A DNA stretch of 64,000 nucleotides, taken from contig JBIKWD010000001.1 of the NCBI GenBank assembly GCA_044356505.1, positions 9,443 to 73,442 of the forward strand, given 5' to 3'. Positions 18,370 to 29,660 of this stretch are shown piece by piece. The translations under genes were made by a program, and so were the position numbers. Positions within the stretch are counted from its first letter, which is position 1, and every line of letters starts with the position of its first letter. The DNA comes from Phycisphaerales bacterium (GTDB lineage: Bacteria; Planctomycetota; Phycisphaerae; Phycisphaerales; SM1A02). Below the pieces are notes generated by a model that ran no database searches, was not told the DNA's origin, and saw only the letters and a list, made by a program, of their open reading frames with translations.

Positions 18370-20924
18370 GACCGCGCTCCTCGTGTCCGCGGTCGCGCTC
18401 GCGGCGAGCCTCGTCGTGGCCGTGACGAGCGGCATGCGGACCGCGCAGGCGAGCCTCGAGGCGTCGATCTCGAGGGCGATGGGCGCGACCGACGCGCGCA
18501 TCGTGCACCGCTACGCCGAGCCGTTCGACGCGTCGCTTCTCGACGACGTGCGCTCGTGGAGCGGCGTCGAGCGGGCGGCCGGCCGCCTCTCCGGCTCGAT
18601 CACGCTTTCGAACGAATCGAGCCGCGACGACGCGGGGCGTCCGCGCCGCGCCACCGTGCAGGCGCGCGGCATCGAGCCGAGCGAGGACGCGTTCTTCCGC
18701 GAGGTCGAGATCGAGAGCGGCCGCCGCATCGAAGGCGCGAACGAGATCGTCCTCGACCCGGGCACCGCCGAAGCGCTCCAGGCGGAGCCCGGCGACACGC
18801 TGCGTGTCGTGCGGTTCGGCAAGCCGCTCGAGGTCAAGGTCGTCGGCGTCTACAAGCGCCCCGTGCTCGGCGCGCTGCAGCGCGCGCTCGTCGAGATCGA
18901 CCGCGGCGTGCTCGCCGAGGCGACGAAGCGGCAGGGAAAGCTCACCGGCATCGCCATCGCGCTCGCCGAGGGCACCGACGTCGAGGCGTGGTCGAAGGCG
19001 CGCTCGGACACGCTGCGCGATCCCATGCTTTGCGAACCCGCGGAGCGCGTGCGCACCGGCCTCGACCGCCAGGTCGAGGCGAGCCAGCTGTCGACCCTCC
19101 TCGCGACGATCATCGCGTTCCTCTCCTGCGCCGCCATCGTGGCGACCGGCATGACGACCGCCGTGCTCGAGGAACTGCGCGAGATGGGAATCGCCCGCGC
19201 GATCGGCGCGTCGCGCGCGCAGCTTTTCGGCGCGCAGCTCGTGACCGGCCTCGTCATCGGCCTCGGCGGCGGCCTGATAGGCGTTCCCGTGGGCGTCGGG
19301 CTTCTCTCGATCCTCGTCGCGATCTACAGCGACTTCGTGCCGGGCGGACTCACCTTCGACGGGCGCGGCGCGCTGCTCGCCGTCGCGGGCGCCACGCTCA
19401 GCGGCGTCCTCGGCGGCCTCTTCCCGGCCTTCCGCGCGGCGCGCATCTCGCCGCTCGAGGCGATCGCGATCCGCGCCCGCCCGCCGCGCCGCGGCCTTGT
19501 CCTCGTCGCGGTCGCGGTCGCGCTCGGCATCTTCGGGCTGTGGGCGCTCGGCCTCGTGCCCGAGTCGCGCGACACGCGCTTCTGGATCTACGCGTTCGGC
19601 ACGCTGCCCCTCCTCCACATCGCGTGGTTCCTCCTCAGCGTGCCGATCACGCTCGGCGTCTCGCGAGTCGTCAGCCCGCTGCTCGAGCGGCCGCTCGGAC
19701 TGCCGCGCGGGCTGCTCTCCTCGAGCGTGCAGCGCATGCCGTGGCGCCTCGGCTGCACCGCGGGCGCGCTCATGGTCGCGATCTCGATCCTCGTCAGCAC
19801 GCGCTCGAACGGCGACGCGATCATCCGCGACCTGCGCGAACGCGTGCGGTTCGCCGACGGATTCATCTTCTGCACCTCCGGACTTTCGCCCGACGAGCAG
19901 TCGCGCCTCGCGAAGCTCGACGGCGTCGCCGGCGCGCTTCCGATCGGATACCTCCCGCTCAGGATGTCGGGCGAACAGGTCTTCGGCGTGCGCGGGCTCG
20001 GGCCCACGAACGTCGTCTGCGTCGGCTTCGAGCCGCGCCCGTTCATCGAGATGAACCGCCTCGACTGGCTCGAGGGCACGCCTGAAACCGCGATCCCCCG
20101 TCTCGAGGAAGGTGACGCGATCCTCGTGGCGCCCGAGTTCCTCGTGGCGCGCGGCCTCGGCGTCGGATCGAAGCTCACGCTCGGATCCGGAAAGAACGAG
20201 GCCGAGTTCGAGATCGTCGGCGTCGTCACCGCCGCCGGCCTCGACATCGCGACGCAGACCTTCGGCATGCGGCAGATCTACATGGAGCAGGCGGTGAGCT
20301 GCGTGTTCATGAGCTTCGACGCCGTCGCACGCCACTTCGACACGCGCGAGGCCTACATCATGCAGATGAAGCTCGACCCGAGGATGGACGAAGCCGGCGA
20401 GAAGCGGCTCGGCGACGAGGTCGCGAACGCCGTGCCCGGCGCGGTCTTCTCGAGCGGCCGTTCGATCCGCGGCTTCGTCGACCAGATCGGCGGAACGATC
20501 CTCGCGCTCACGAGCGCGGTCGCGCTGGCGGCGCTTGCGCTCGCGGCGATCGGCGTCGGCAGCGTGGTCGCCGCAGGAATCTCCGCGCGCACGCGCGAGT
20601 TCGGCATCCTGCGCGCCGTCGGCGGCTCGACGCGCGTCCTCGTCGGTCTCGTCCTCGGAGAGACGGTCGTGATGGCGCTCGCGGCGCTCGTATCGGGCAC
20701 CGCGCTCGGCCTCCAGCTCGCATGGATGGGCGTCGAGCTCTACCGCGACTTCGCGGGCCTGCGCCTTGCGTGGGTGATCCCCTACGCGCCGCTCGCCGCC
20801 GGCGGAGCGATCGTGATCGCGGTCGCGCTCCTCGCCGCAAGTCCGGCGGTCGTGCGCCTTGCACGCAAGCCCGCGCGCGCCCTTCTCGCCTCGGCGTGAG
20901 CGCGCGTACGCTACTTCCCGCGCG

Positions 20925-23054
20925 ATGAGCGACACGCCCTTCATCATCCAGAGCCCGTTCCAGCCGATGGGCGACCAGCCGCAGGCGATTCACGAGCTCT
21001 GCGACTCGGTCTCCCGAGGCCACCGCCACCAGGTGCTCCTCGGCGCGACGGGCACGGGCAAGACCTTCACGATGGCGAACGTCATCGCGCGGACGAACCG
21101 CCCCACGCTCATCGTGTCGCACAACAAGACGCTCGCCGCGCAGCTCTACGAGGAGATGAAGGAGCTCTTCCCGAAGAACGCGGTGAGCTACTTCGTCAGC
21201 TACTACGACTACTACCAGCCCGAGGCGTACATCCCGCAGCGCGACATCTACATCGAGAAGGACGCCTCGCGCAACGCCGACCTCGACCGTCTGCGCCTCG
21301 CGGCGACGAGCCAGCTCCTCTCGCGCCGCGACACGATCGTGGTCGCGAGCGTGTCGTGCCTCTACGGCCTCGGAAGCCCGAGCGAGTACCGCAACAAGAC
21401 GATCTTCATCGAGCGCGGCATGCAGCTCGACCGCCGCGCGTTCCTGCTCGGGCTCTCCGCGATGCAGTACTCTCGCAACGAAGTGGCGCCCGCGCGCGGC
21501 AACTTCCGCGTGCGCGGCGATTGCATCGAGGTCTACCCCGCGTACGAGCAGTACGCGATCCGCATCGATCTCTTCGGCGACGAGATCGACACGATCCAGC
21601 TCTTCGACCCGACGAGCGGCGAGCTCCTCGCCGACGAGCAGAAGACCTTCATCTTCCCCGCCGTCCACTACGTGATGCCCGACGAGCAGAAGCAGGTCGC
21701 CATCGCGTCGATCCGCGCCGAACTCGACGCCCGCGTGATGGAACTGCGCGGCGAAGGCAAGCTCCTCGAGGCGCAGCGGCTGCTTGCGCGCACGAAGCAC
21801 GACCTCGAGATGCTCGAGGAGACGGGCTTCTGCAACGGGATCGAGAACTACTCGCGCCATTTCGACGGGCGGCCCGCGGGTGCGCGGGCGTGGACGCTCC
21901 TCGACTACTTCCGCCAGGCTCCCGGCGGCGCGGGCGAGGACGACTGGCTCGTCATCATCGACGAGTGCCATGTCACGATCCCGCAGATCCGCGGCATGTA
22001 CTTCGGCGACCGCGCGCGCAAGCAGACGCTCGTCGACCACGGCTTCCGCCTGCCGAGCGCGCTCGACAACAGGCCCCTCAAGTTCGAGGAGTTCGTCGAG
22101 CTCGTGCCGCAGGTGATCCATGTGAGCGCGACGCCCGGGCCGTGGGAGCTCGGCGAGGCGCAGGGCGTCGTCGCCGAGCAGGTCATCCGTCCGACCGGCC
22201 TCGTCGACCCGCCGATCGAGGTGCGCCCCGCGCGCACGCAGGTGCCCGACCTCCTCAAGGAAGCGCGCATCCGCGCCGAGAAGGGCGAGCGCACGCTCGT
22301 CACCGCGCTCACGAAGCGCCTCTGCGAGGACCTCACCGCGTACCTCCACAAGGAAGGGATGCGCGTCCGCTACCTCCACAGCGAGATCGAGACGCTCGAG
22401 CGGCTCGAGCTCCTGCGCGACCTGCGCGAGGGCGGGTTCGATGTGCTCGTCGGCGTCAACCTGCTGCGCGAAGGCCTCGATCTTCCCGAGGTCTCGCTCG
22501 TGTGCATCCTCGACGCAGACAAGCAGGGCTTCCTCCGCAGCCAGTCGAGCCTCATCCAGACGATGGGCCGCGCCGCGCGCAACGCGAACTCGATGGCGCT
22601 CCTCTACGCCGACGAAGTCACCGAGGAGATGCAGAAGGCGATGGACGAGGTCGAGCGCCGCCGCCGCAAGCAGCTCGCGTACAACGCAGAGCACGGCATC
22701 GTGCCGAAGACGATCGAGAAGGCGATCCGCCGCGGCATCGAGCTCGAGCTCGCCGCGCACCGCACCGCGCGCCGCGCGGCGGGCGCGAGCGACGAGGAAG
22801 ACGACGAGAACGCGCTCGACCGCGAGGAACTCCTCGGCCAGATGCAGGCCGAGATGATGGAGGCCGCCGAGCGCCTCGAGTTCGAGAAGGCCGCGCGGCT
22901 GCGCGACGAGATCAACAGGCTGAAGTCGCTCCCCGCCGACGCGCGCCCGCGCGGCGCGTCGAAGGGTTCGGGCGGGCGCGACTCAGGCGAACGCCAGCCC
23001 TCGAAGGCGGGCATGCCGGGGACCCGCGCCGGCCGCGGGCGCAAGCGGCGTTGA
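20925..23054 (+). CDS. uvrB: Excinuclease ABC subunit B
   Basis: In-frame part of track ORF 20859..23054, starting at ATG 20925. GATGTGKTFT, YYDYYQPEAY, helicase motifs, and a C-terminal UVR motif (LEFEKAARLRDEI) followed by a basic tail. Confidence 0.95.
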   Translation: MSDTPFIIQSPFQPMGDQPQAIHELCDSVSRGHRHQVLLGATGTGKTFTMANVIARTNRPTLIVSHNKTLAAQLYEEMKELFPKNAVSYFVSYYDYYQPEAYIPQRDIYIEKDASRNADLDRLRLAATSQLLSRRDTIVVASVSCLYGLGSPSEYRNKTIFIERGMQLDRRAFLLGLSAMQYSRNEVAPARGNFRVRGDCIEVYPAYEQYAIRIDLFGDEIDTIQLFDPTSGELLADEQKTFIFPAVHYVMPDEQKQVAIASIRAELDARVMELRGEGKLLEAQRLLARTKHDLEMLEETGFCNGIENYSRHFDGRPAGARAWTLLDYFRQAPGGAGEDDWLVIIDECHVTIPQIRGMYFGDRARKQTLVDHGFRLPSALDNRPLKFEEFVELVPQVIHVSATPGPWELGEAQGVVAEQVIRPTGLVDPPIEVRPARTQVPDLLKEARIRAEKGERTLVTALTKRLCEDLTAYLHKEGMRVRYLHSEIETLERLELLRDLREGGFDVLVGVNLLREGLDLPEVSLVCILDADKQGFLRSQSSLIQTMGRAARNANSMALLYADEVTEEMQKAMDEVERRRRKQLAYNAEHGIVPKTIEKAIRRGIELELAAHRTARRAAGASDEEDDENALDREELLGQMQAEMMEAAERLEFEKAARLRDEINRLKSLPADARPRGASKGSGGRDSGERQPSKAGMPGTRAGRGRKRR

Positions 23055-23055
23055 A

Positions 23056-23379
23056 TCAGATGATCGACCGGACGAGCACCGAAAGACCGAACTTCCACGC
23101 GAGGCCGCCGACCACGTGGAGGCCGCCGATCGCGAAGGCGCGGCCGGCATGGACGCCGTACTTCAGCAGCAGAAGCAGCGCGACGACGATCCCCGCGAGG
23201 ACGTTGCCGACGAGGAACGACGCAGCGCCGAGCGACGAGGCGAGTCCGTAGGTGCTTCCCAGCGCGACGATGAATCCGACGAACGCCAGCACGGCCGCGC
23301 TCGTGAAGTCGATGGCGTCGTCGCCGAGCCACTCGACGAGCGCGAAGAGGATCACGGCCGAGATGAGGACGTCGCACAT
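23056..23379 (-). CDS. Small 3-4 TM membrane protein (possibly holin-4_2/DUF-type family)
   Basis: Track ORF 23056..23412; start placed at ATG 23379 (MCDVLISAVILFALVEWL). Entirely hydrophobic/Gly-rich with G/C-rich third positions. The family assignment is a guess. Confidence 0.5.
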   Translation of the reverse strand: MCDVLISAVILFALVEWLGDDAIDFTSAAVLAFVGFIVALGSTYGLASSLGAASFLVGNVLAGIVVALLLLLKYGVHAGRAFAIGGLHVVGGLAWKFGLSVLVRSII

Positions 23380-23539
23380 GGCACACCTCCTTCGCGTTGA
23401 TCTCGCCGACACCCCCGCCGCGCAGGACCGGCGAAACCAGAGACTATCAGAGCGGACTTCGCGGCTACAACCGCGCCGACGCTTCCTGAACTACGATCTC
23501 GCCCGCCGAGTTCCGACCGATCATCCCTTGGACCGCGTC

Positions 23540-24331
23540 ATGCCCATCCACATGCGACCACTGCTCTCCGCCCTCCTCCTCCCGGCGCTCCTGCTCCTGC
23601 CGCTCCTTGCATCGGTCGGTTGCGCCTCATCGGGTACGCGCGACGGCGCCCCCAGGCGGGTCGCCATCGTGCTCACGAACCACGGCCAGCTTGGCGACAC
23701 GGGCAAGCCGACGGGCTTCTATCTCTCCGAAGCGACGCATCCCTACGAGGTGTTCCGCAAGGCCGGCTACGAGATCGACTTCCTCTCGCCGAAGGGCGGC
23801 GAGGCGCCGATGGACGGCGTCGACCGCACCGACCCGATCAATGCCGCGTTCCTCGACGACGAGGCGCTGGTGGCGCGCACCAAGTCGACGACCGCGATCC
23901 CGAAGGCGAACCCTGCCGCGTACGACGCGGTCTTCTTCTCGGGCGGCCACGGAACGATGTGGGACTTCCCGAACGACGCGGGCGTGCTCGAGCTCATCCG
24001 CACCGTCTACGAGCGCGGCGGCGTGGTCGCCGCCGTGTGCCACGGCCCCGCTGCGCTCGTGAACGCGCGTCTCTCGAGCGGCATGTACCTCGTCGCCGGC
24101 AAGGAGGTCTCCGCCTTCACCGACGAGGAGGAAGTCGCCGTCGAGCTCGAGAAGGTCGTGCCCTTCGCGCTCGAATCGAAGCTGCGCTCGCGCGGCGCGC
24201 GCTTCGTCGAGGCCCCGAACTTCGAGAAGAAGGTCGCCGTCTCCGAGCGCCTGGTGACCGGGCAGAACCCGGCCTCGGCCACCGGTGTCGCCGAAGCGGT
24301 GGTCGAGCTGCTCGATACGCGCGGCCGCTGA
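23540..24331 (+). CDS. Exported DJ-1/PfpI (class I glutamine amidotransferase-like) family protein
   Basis: In-frame part of track ORF 23252..24331, starting at ATG 23540. Signal peptide with possible lipobox (LLPLLASVGC). Nucleophile elbow VAAVCHGPAAL. Confidence 0.85.
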   Translation: MPIHMRPLLSALLLPALLLLPLLASVGCASSGTRDGAPRRVAIVLTNHGQLGDTGKPTGFYLSEATHPYEVFRKAGYEIDFLSPKGGEAPMDGVDRTDPINAAFLDDEALVARTKSTTAIPKANPAAYDAVFFSGGHGTMWDFPNDAGVLELIRTVYERGGVVAAVCHGPAALVNARLSSGMYLVAGKEVSAFTDEEEVAVELEKVVPFALESKLRSRGARFVEAPNFEKKVAVSERLVTGQNPASATGVAEAVVELLDTRGR

Positions 24332-24437
24332 CGGCTTTCCGGCTTCCGCCCCTCCATCCTGAGAGATCGAGTCGTTCCGCGCGGAACCCTTCCGACGCCG
24401 CCGTCGCGGCGTCGCAACCACGAAGAAGGAGAACGCC

Positions 24438-25025
24438 ATGAAGCACTCGAACCGTACGACCGTCCTCGCATCCGCCGCAGTCGCCGCCGGCGCCGTCGCA
24501 GCCCTCGCGAACGCCTCCTACACCGCCATCCCGATGAGCTGGACCGCCGTCAACGGCGCCAACCTGAACACCTCGTTCGGTCCGGGCGGCGCGGCAGGCG
24601 GCGGCGTGCCCAACTTCTTCATGGGCGTGAGCCCGTCGACCGCCTCCGAGTACGCCTACGGCTACGGCCACGGTGCGGGCGGCATCGACAACTACGAGTT
24701 CGGGTTCAACCCGTCGACGCTCTTCACATCCGACTCGGGATCGGCGTTCGTGAACTTCACGCTCTCGACGCCGGTCTCCATCGTCCTCAACGCCCGCACG
24801 TCCGGCATCACGAACGTGCAGATCAACGGCGTCACGCTCGCCAACGGCGCCCTCGGCGGAACCCTCGCCGCCGGAACCCACAGCCTCGCCGTCTTCTACA
24901 ACAACTCGAATCCGGCCGATCCGCTCGACACCTTCCGCTTCGGCTACAGCGCGATCCCCGCGCCGGGCGCGCTTGCGCTCGCCGGCGTGGCCGGACTGCT
25001 CGGAACCGGCCGTCGCCGCCGCTGA
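24438..25025 (+). CDS. Secreted protein with PEP-CTERM-like sorting tail
   Basis: Track ORF, 195 aa. AAGGAG lies 7 nt upstream of the ATG. N-terminal signal peptide. The C-terminus IPAPGALALAGVAGLLGTGRRRR has the P-x-P, TM helix, Arg cluster pattern. Confidence 0.7.
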   Translation: MKHSNRTTVLASAAVAAGAVAALANASYTAIPMSWTAVNGANLNTSFGPGGAAGGGVPNFFMGVSPSTASEYAYGYGHGAGGIDNYEFGFNPSTLFTSDSGSAFVNFTLSTPVSIVLNARTSGITNVQINGVTLANGALGGTLAAGTHSLAVFYNNSNPADPLDTFRFGYSAIPAPGALALAGVAGLLGTGRRRR

Positions 25026-25072
25026 CCGCACGCGCGGGACGCGCATCGGCCGAGTCGTGCATCGAGCGACGT

Positions 25073-25420
25073 CTACGAATGCCTGCGACCGTCGCCCGAC
25101 CTCGCTCGCCTCGAGCGGGGCGCGGCGCGTTCGAGGGAACGCATGAGCGCCCGGCGCAGGCGCGCGGTCGCGGAGTCGATCGCGTCGTAGTAGGTCCTGG
25201 CGCGCCCCTCGATCGACAGCGTGATCCGCCGCGCAGCGGTGAGCTGGATGGAGCACTGCTTGTCGACGCCCCCGCGCGGTCCGTTGATGTCGCTGAGCCT
25301 CACCTCGACGTCCGCGGCCTGGCCGAGCGCGCGGTCGACGACTGCGCGGATCCGATCGGTGATGTAGGACAACTCCGCCTCGCTCGTCTTGATCCGTCCG
25401 TCAAAGACCCGAATGTGCAT
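25073..25420 (-). CDS. HPF/RaiA-family ribosome-associated protein (short paralogue)
   Basis: Track ORF, 115 aa. The pattern MHIRV...SYITDRI...VEVRLSDINGPRGGVDKQCSIQL...YDAIDSATARLRRAL matches the S30AE/HPF-like family variant carrying the NGPRGG motif. Confidence 0.7.
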   Translation of the reverse strand: MHIRVFDGRIKTSEAELSYITDRIRAVVDRALGQAADVEVRLSDINGPRGGVDKQCSIQLTAARRITLSIEGRARTYYDAIDSATARLRRALMRSLERAAPRSRRARSGDGRRHS

Positions 25421-25556
25421 GGGTTGCTCCGTTCTGGCGCGCCTCTTGCGCGCCGGCTCGGCCGCTACGTCGCGGCCGTCGCTGGGTTCGGAATTCCGCA
25501 GTCCGTCTTTCTGCGAACGCGCACGGCGTCGTCGCCTTCGCCGCCGCCTTCGTACA

Positions 25557-26084
25557 GTGGCGCGCGTGACCGCAGCGCCCAGACCCGCGACCAGGCACGA
25601 CCTCGCCGAGCTCGCGGCGCTTGCGAGCCGGTCCTTTTTCGACGCCTACCGCGAGACCGACGACCACGCCGTGATCGAGGAGTACTGCGCGCGGAACTTC
25701 ACGCTTGGGCGCTTCGCGTCGATCCTCGCGGATCCGCGTGCACGGCTCGTCGTGGCAACCGACGGCGCGGGCCGCCTCGCCGGCTACGCGCATGTCGGCG
25801 CGTCGCCGCCTCCGCCCTGCGTGCGCGGTGCGGATCCGATCGAACTCGCGCGGCTCTACCTCGCGCACGAATGGATCGGGCAAGGCGTCGGGGCGACGCT
25901 CATGCTCGCCGCGATCGAAGAAGCCCGGCGGCTCGGCGGGCGGACGCTCTGGCTCGGGGTGTACGAGCGCAACCCGCGCGCGATCGCGTTCTACCGACGG
26001 TTCGGGATGCAGGTGGTCGGGACCAAGCCCTGGGCCTGGGGCGGCGAGGTCTTTCAGGATCCCGTGATGGAAATGGGCCTCTGA
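25557..26084 (+). CDS. GNAT family N-acetyltransferase
   Basis: In-frame part of track ORF 25389..26084. Start is GTG 25557 (25566 is an alternative). Acetyl-CoA motif WIGQGVGATLMLAAIEEARR and NPRAIAFYRRFGM. Confidence 0.8.
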   Translation: MARVTAAPRPATRHDLAELAALASRSFFDAYRETDDHAVIEEYCARNFTLGRFASILADPRARLVVATDGAGRLAGYAHVGASPPPPCVRGADPIELARLYLAHEWIGQGVGATLMLAAIEEARRLGGRTLWLGVYERNPRAIAFYRRFGMQVVGTKPWAWGGEVFQDPVMEMGL

Positions 26085-26093
26085 CGGCTGCGG

Positions 26094-26372
26094 TCAGAGC
26101 CGGAACGAAGACGCGCGCCTTTCGAGCGCGCGCCATTCATCGGGTCCGGGGACGGGCTTGCCACAACTGAGGTTCGGCACGCACACCGCCTGGGAGTCGG
26201 TCGTATGCCCGGTCGTATGCCCGGTCGTATGCCCGGGGTTCGACACCGCAGTCGCCACTTCTTTCGGCATGGCCGCAGGCGCCGTGGCGTCGTCAGTCGA
26301 CACCCCAGCCGATCCTTTCGGGGCGACTGCAGACGTGGTGGTGAGTCCTGGGGTCGGGGTGACCGGAGACAT
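26094..26372 (-). CDS. Small hypothetical low-complexity protein with (GHTT)x3 repeat; doubtful
   Basis: Part of track ORF 26094..26435, starting at ATG 26372 with AGGAA upstream. Thr/Ala/Pro-rich and contains the in-frame 12-bp x3 repeat. Third positions are noticeably less G/C-biased than in neighbouring genes. Confidence 0.25.
   Translation of the reverse strand: MSPVTPTPGLTTTSAVAPKGSAGVSTDDATAPAAMPKEVATAVSNPGHTTGHTTGHTTDSQAVCVPNLSCGKPVPGPDEWRALERRASSFRL
26199..26234. repeat. 12-bp perfect tandem repeat x3
   Basis: GGTCGTATGCCC repeated three times. In frame with the doubtful minus-strand ORF, where it encodes GHTT x3. Confidence 0.9.
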
Positions 26373-26541
26373 CGGGTAGATATTCCTACGTTGAGTTTCG
26401 GCAAACGAGCGCAGGCGGGCGCAAAAACCCTTCAAATCGCCGTGGCAATTGCCGTGGACGCCGCCGAGGACCGCCTATTCCGCCGGTTCTGCGCTCGCCT
26501 CGTCTCGGTTTCGGCGTTTCAGACCCTATCATCGCCGCCCC

Positions 26542-29535
26542 ATGTCAACGCCCGAGAAGTCGATCCGCGTCCGCGGAGCGCGCGAGCACAACCTCAAGAA
26601 CCTCTCCGTCGAGATCCCGCGCGACAAGCTCGTCGTCATCACGGGCGTCTCCGGCTCCGGCAAGAGCTCGCTTGCGTTCGACACCATCTTCGCCGAGGGG
26701 CAGCGCAAGTACATGGAGTCGCTCTCCGCGTACGCGCGGCAGTTCCTCGACCAGATGCAGAAGCCGAACGTCGAGGCGATCGAGGGCCTTCCCCCCACCA
26801 TCGCGATCGAGCAGCGCTCGGGCGGCCACAGCCCGCGCTCGATCGTGGCGACGACGACGGAGATCTGGGACTACCTGCGTCTTCTCTACGCGCGCTGCGG
26901 CACGCCGACCTGCTGGCACACGGAGGAGACCGGCAAGGGCAGGTCGAAGTCCGTGCGCTGCTGCGGCAAGGAGATCAGCGCGTCGAACCCGAGCCAGATC
27001 GTCGAGACGCTGGTGACGAAGTTCGCGGGCAAGCGCGCGATGCTGTGCGCGCCCGTCGTGCGCGCCAAGAAGGGCTTTCACCGCGAGGTGCTCGAGGGGC
27101 TCCAGAAGCAGGGCCTCGTGCGCGCGCGCGCGAACGGCAAGGTCGTCGATCTCCGCGAGGTCCTGAAGGGCGGCGGCGAGAACCCGCTTGGTTTCGGCCG
27201 CTACGAGATGAACGACATCGACGCGGTGGTCGACCGAATCGTGCTCGAGGAGTCGGCGCGGCAACGGATCGCAGAGAGCGTCGAGACCGCGCTGAAGCTG
27301 GCGGAAGGCTCGCTGGTCGTGCTCGTGGAGGATGCTTCGGCCAAGGAAGCATCAGGAAGGGATCCCGCCGCGAAGGACGGCTGGACCGAGCACCGCTTCA
27401 GCGAGAAGTTCGCGTGCCCCGACCACCCCGAGTGCGCGCTCGACGAACTCGAGCCGCGTCTCTTCAGCTTCAACTCGCCGCAGGGAGCCTGCACCGCGTG
27501 CGCGGGCCTCGGCACCGTGAACGAGTTCGACGAGGCGCTGTGCGTGCCCGACATGACGAAGCCGCTGCGCGAGGCGATCCAGCCGTGGCGCCGCAACGGC
27601 CGTCGCATGAACATCTACTACGCGCGCGCGCTGCGCAGCTTCGCGGCGCTTGCGAAGATCGACCTCGACACGCCGTACGCGGATCTCCCCGCGAAGACGC
27701 GCAGCGCGCTCATGTGGGGTTCGTCCGCCGAAGGCGTGAAGCTCGCGTTCGAGTGGGAAGGCGTGCTGCCGCACCTGAAGCGCCGCGCCACCGAGACGGA
27801 GAGCGAGAACGTGAAGGAGCGCCTCATGGCCTACATGAGCCAGGCGCCCTGCCCCTCGTGCGGCGGCCGACGCCTGCGCACCGAGGCGCTCGCGGTGAAG
27901 CTGAAGAGCGGCACGCTCGCGCTCTCGATCAGCGATGTCGCCGCGATGACGGTGTCGCGCGCGCTCGCGTTCGCGCAGTCGATCGAGCTCTCGAGGGAAT
28001 CGCGGCAGATCGCGGCGCCGATCCTCAAGGAAGTCGAGGCGCGCCTTGGGTTCCTCGCGTCGGTCGGGCTCGACTACCTCTCGCTCGACCGCACGAGCTC
28101 GACGCTCTCGGGCGGCGAGGCGCAGCGCATCCGGCTCGCCACGCAGGTCGGCAGCGGCCTTGTCGGCGTGTGCTACGTGCTCGACGAACCGACGATCGGC
28201 CTCCACCAGCGCGACAACGACCGGTTGATCGCGACGCTGCGGAGGCTTTCCGACATCGGCAACACCGTGCTCGTCGTCGAGCACGACGAAGACATGATGC
28301 GCGCGGCCGACTGGATCGTCGACATCGGCCCGGGCCCCGGCCGGCATGGCGGAACGCTGGTCGCCGAGGGAAACCTCGCGCAGCTTGCCTCGCACCCGAC
28401 GAGCCTCACGGGCGAGTACCTCTCGGGGCGGCGCAAGATCGCGGTTCCGAAGAAGCGGCGGGCGCTGGCCGAGTCGAACGCGATCGTCGTGAAGGGCGCG
28501 GCCGCGAACAACCTCCGCGACATCGACGTCGCATTCCCGCTCGGCGGACTCGTCTGCGTGACGGGCGTGTCCGGCTCGGGCAAGTCGACGCTCGTCAACG
28601 ACATCCTGCTCGCGGCGGCACGCAAGCACGTGCTCGGCGAGAACGTGAATCCGGGCGCGCACACGCGCGTCACGGGCTTCGGCAAGATCGCGCGCGTGGT
28701 CGAGGTGGACCAGTCGCCGATCGGCCGCACGCCGCGCTCGAATCCGGCGACCTACACGGGGATCTTCGACGAGATCCGCCGCATCTGGTCGCTCGTGCCG
28801 GAGTCGAAGATCCGCGGCTACGAGCCGGGCCGCTTCTCGTTCAACGTGAAGGGCGGCCGCTGCGAGGCGTGCCAGGGCCAGGGCGTCAAGCGCATCGAGA
28901 TGCACTTCCTGCCCGATGTCTTCGTCGACTGCGAGGTCTGCAAGGGCAAGCGCTACTCGCGCGAGACGCTCGAGATCAAGTACCGCGGACGGACGATCGC
29001 CGATGTCCTCGACGCGACCGTCGAGGACGCGCTGACCTTCTTCGACGCGCATCCGAAGATCAACCGCATGCTCGAGTGCCTGCGCGACGTCGGCCTCGGC
29101 TACATCCAGCTCGGCCAGGCGTCGACCACGCTCTCGGGCGGCGAGGCGCAGCGCGTGAAGCTCGCGACCGAGCTTGGAAACGCGACCGACGCGCCGACTC
29201 TCTACGTGCTCGACGAACCGACGACCGGCCTCCACTTCGCGGATGTGGCGCGCCTTCTCACCGTGCTCGACCGCCTCGCGGACAAGGGCCACACGCTCGT
29301 CGTCATCGAGCACAACCTCGATGTGGTGAAGTGCGCCGACTGGATCGTCGACCTCGGCCCCGAGGGCGGCGACCGCGGCGGCACCGTGGTCGCGACGGGA
29401 ACGCCCGAGCAGGTCGCGCGCGACAAGAACAGCTGGACCGGCCGCTGGCTCAAGCCCATGCTTGCGACCGCCGCGCGCGAAGCGGGAGCGAGTCCGTCGA
29501 AGCCGCCGCGAACGACGGCGGCCAGCACGCGATGA
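26542..29535 (+). CDS. uvrA: Excinuclease ABC subunit A
   Basis: In-frame part of track ORF 26449..29535, starting at ATG 26542. Two ABC modules ([14 protein letters not shown] / [14 protein letters not shown] and [14 protein letters not shown] / [15 protein letters not shown]). Zinc-finger Cys pairs CPSCGG and CEACQGQG. Confidence 0.95.
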   Translation: MSTPEKSIRVRGAREHNLKNLSVEIPRDKLVVITGVSGSGKSSLAFDTIFAEGQRKYMESLSAYARQFLDQMQKPNVEAIEGLPPTIAIEQRSGGHSPRSIVATTTEIWDYLRLLYARCGTPTCWHTEETGKGRSKSVRCCGKEISASNPSQIVETLVTKFAGKRAMLCAPVVRAKKGFHREVLEGLQKQGLVRARANGKVVDLREVLKGGGENPLGFGRYEMNDIDAVVDRIVLEESARQRIAESVETALKLAEGSLVVLVEDASAKEASGRDPAAKDGWTEHRFSEKFACPDHPECALDELEPRLFSFNSPQGACTACAGLGTVNEFDEALCVPDMTKPLREAIQPWRRNGRRMNIYYARALRSFAALAKIDLDTPYADLPAKTRSALMWGSSAEGVKLAFEWEGVLPHLKRRATETESENVKERLMAYMSQAPCPSCGGRRLRTEALAVKLKSGTLALSISDVAAMTVSRALAFAQSIELSRESRQIAAPILKEVEARLGFLASVGLDYLSLDRTSSTLSGGEAQRIRLATQVGSGLVGVCYVLDEPTIGLHQRDNDRLIATLRRLSDIGNTVLVVEHDEDMMRAADWIVDIGPGPGRHGGTLVAEGNLAQLASHPTSLTGEYLSGRRKIAVPKKRRALAESNAIVVKGAAANNLRDIDVAFPLGGLVCVTGVSGSGKSTLVNDILLAAARKHVLGENVNPGAHTRVTGFGKIARVVEVDQSPIGRTPRSNPATYTGIFDEIRRIWSLVPESKIRGYEPGRFSFNVKGGRCEACQGQGVKRIEMHFLPDVFVDCEVCKGKRYSRETLEIKYRGRTIADVLDATVEDALTFFDAHPKINRMLECLRDVGLGYIQLGQASTTLSGGEAQRVKLATELGNATDAPTLYVLDEPTTGLHFADVARLLTVLDRLADKGHTLVVIEHNLDVVKCADWIVDLGPEGGDRGGTVVATGTPEQVARDKNSWTGRWLKPMLATAAREAGASPSKPPRTTAASTR

Positions 29536-29660
29536 CGAGGCACGACGGAGAGAGAAGGCGCGACGGGGACGCGAGGAGCAACGAGGCGGCCGCCAAGGGC
29601 ATGGACGCGACCTGTCGCGAAGTCATCTCCCTCAGCCGACCGCCCCTGCCTTCCCCGGCG

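Noticed and set aside
25073-26084. The divergent HPF-like and GNAT pair considered as a GNAT-type toxin-antitoxin module.
   Set aside because: The partner is not an RHH/DUF1778-type antitoxin. The genes are divergent rather than co-transcribed, and the GNAT looks like an ordinary acetyltransferase.
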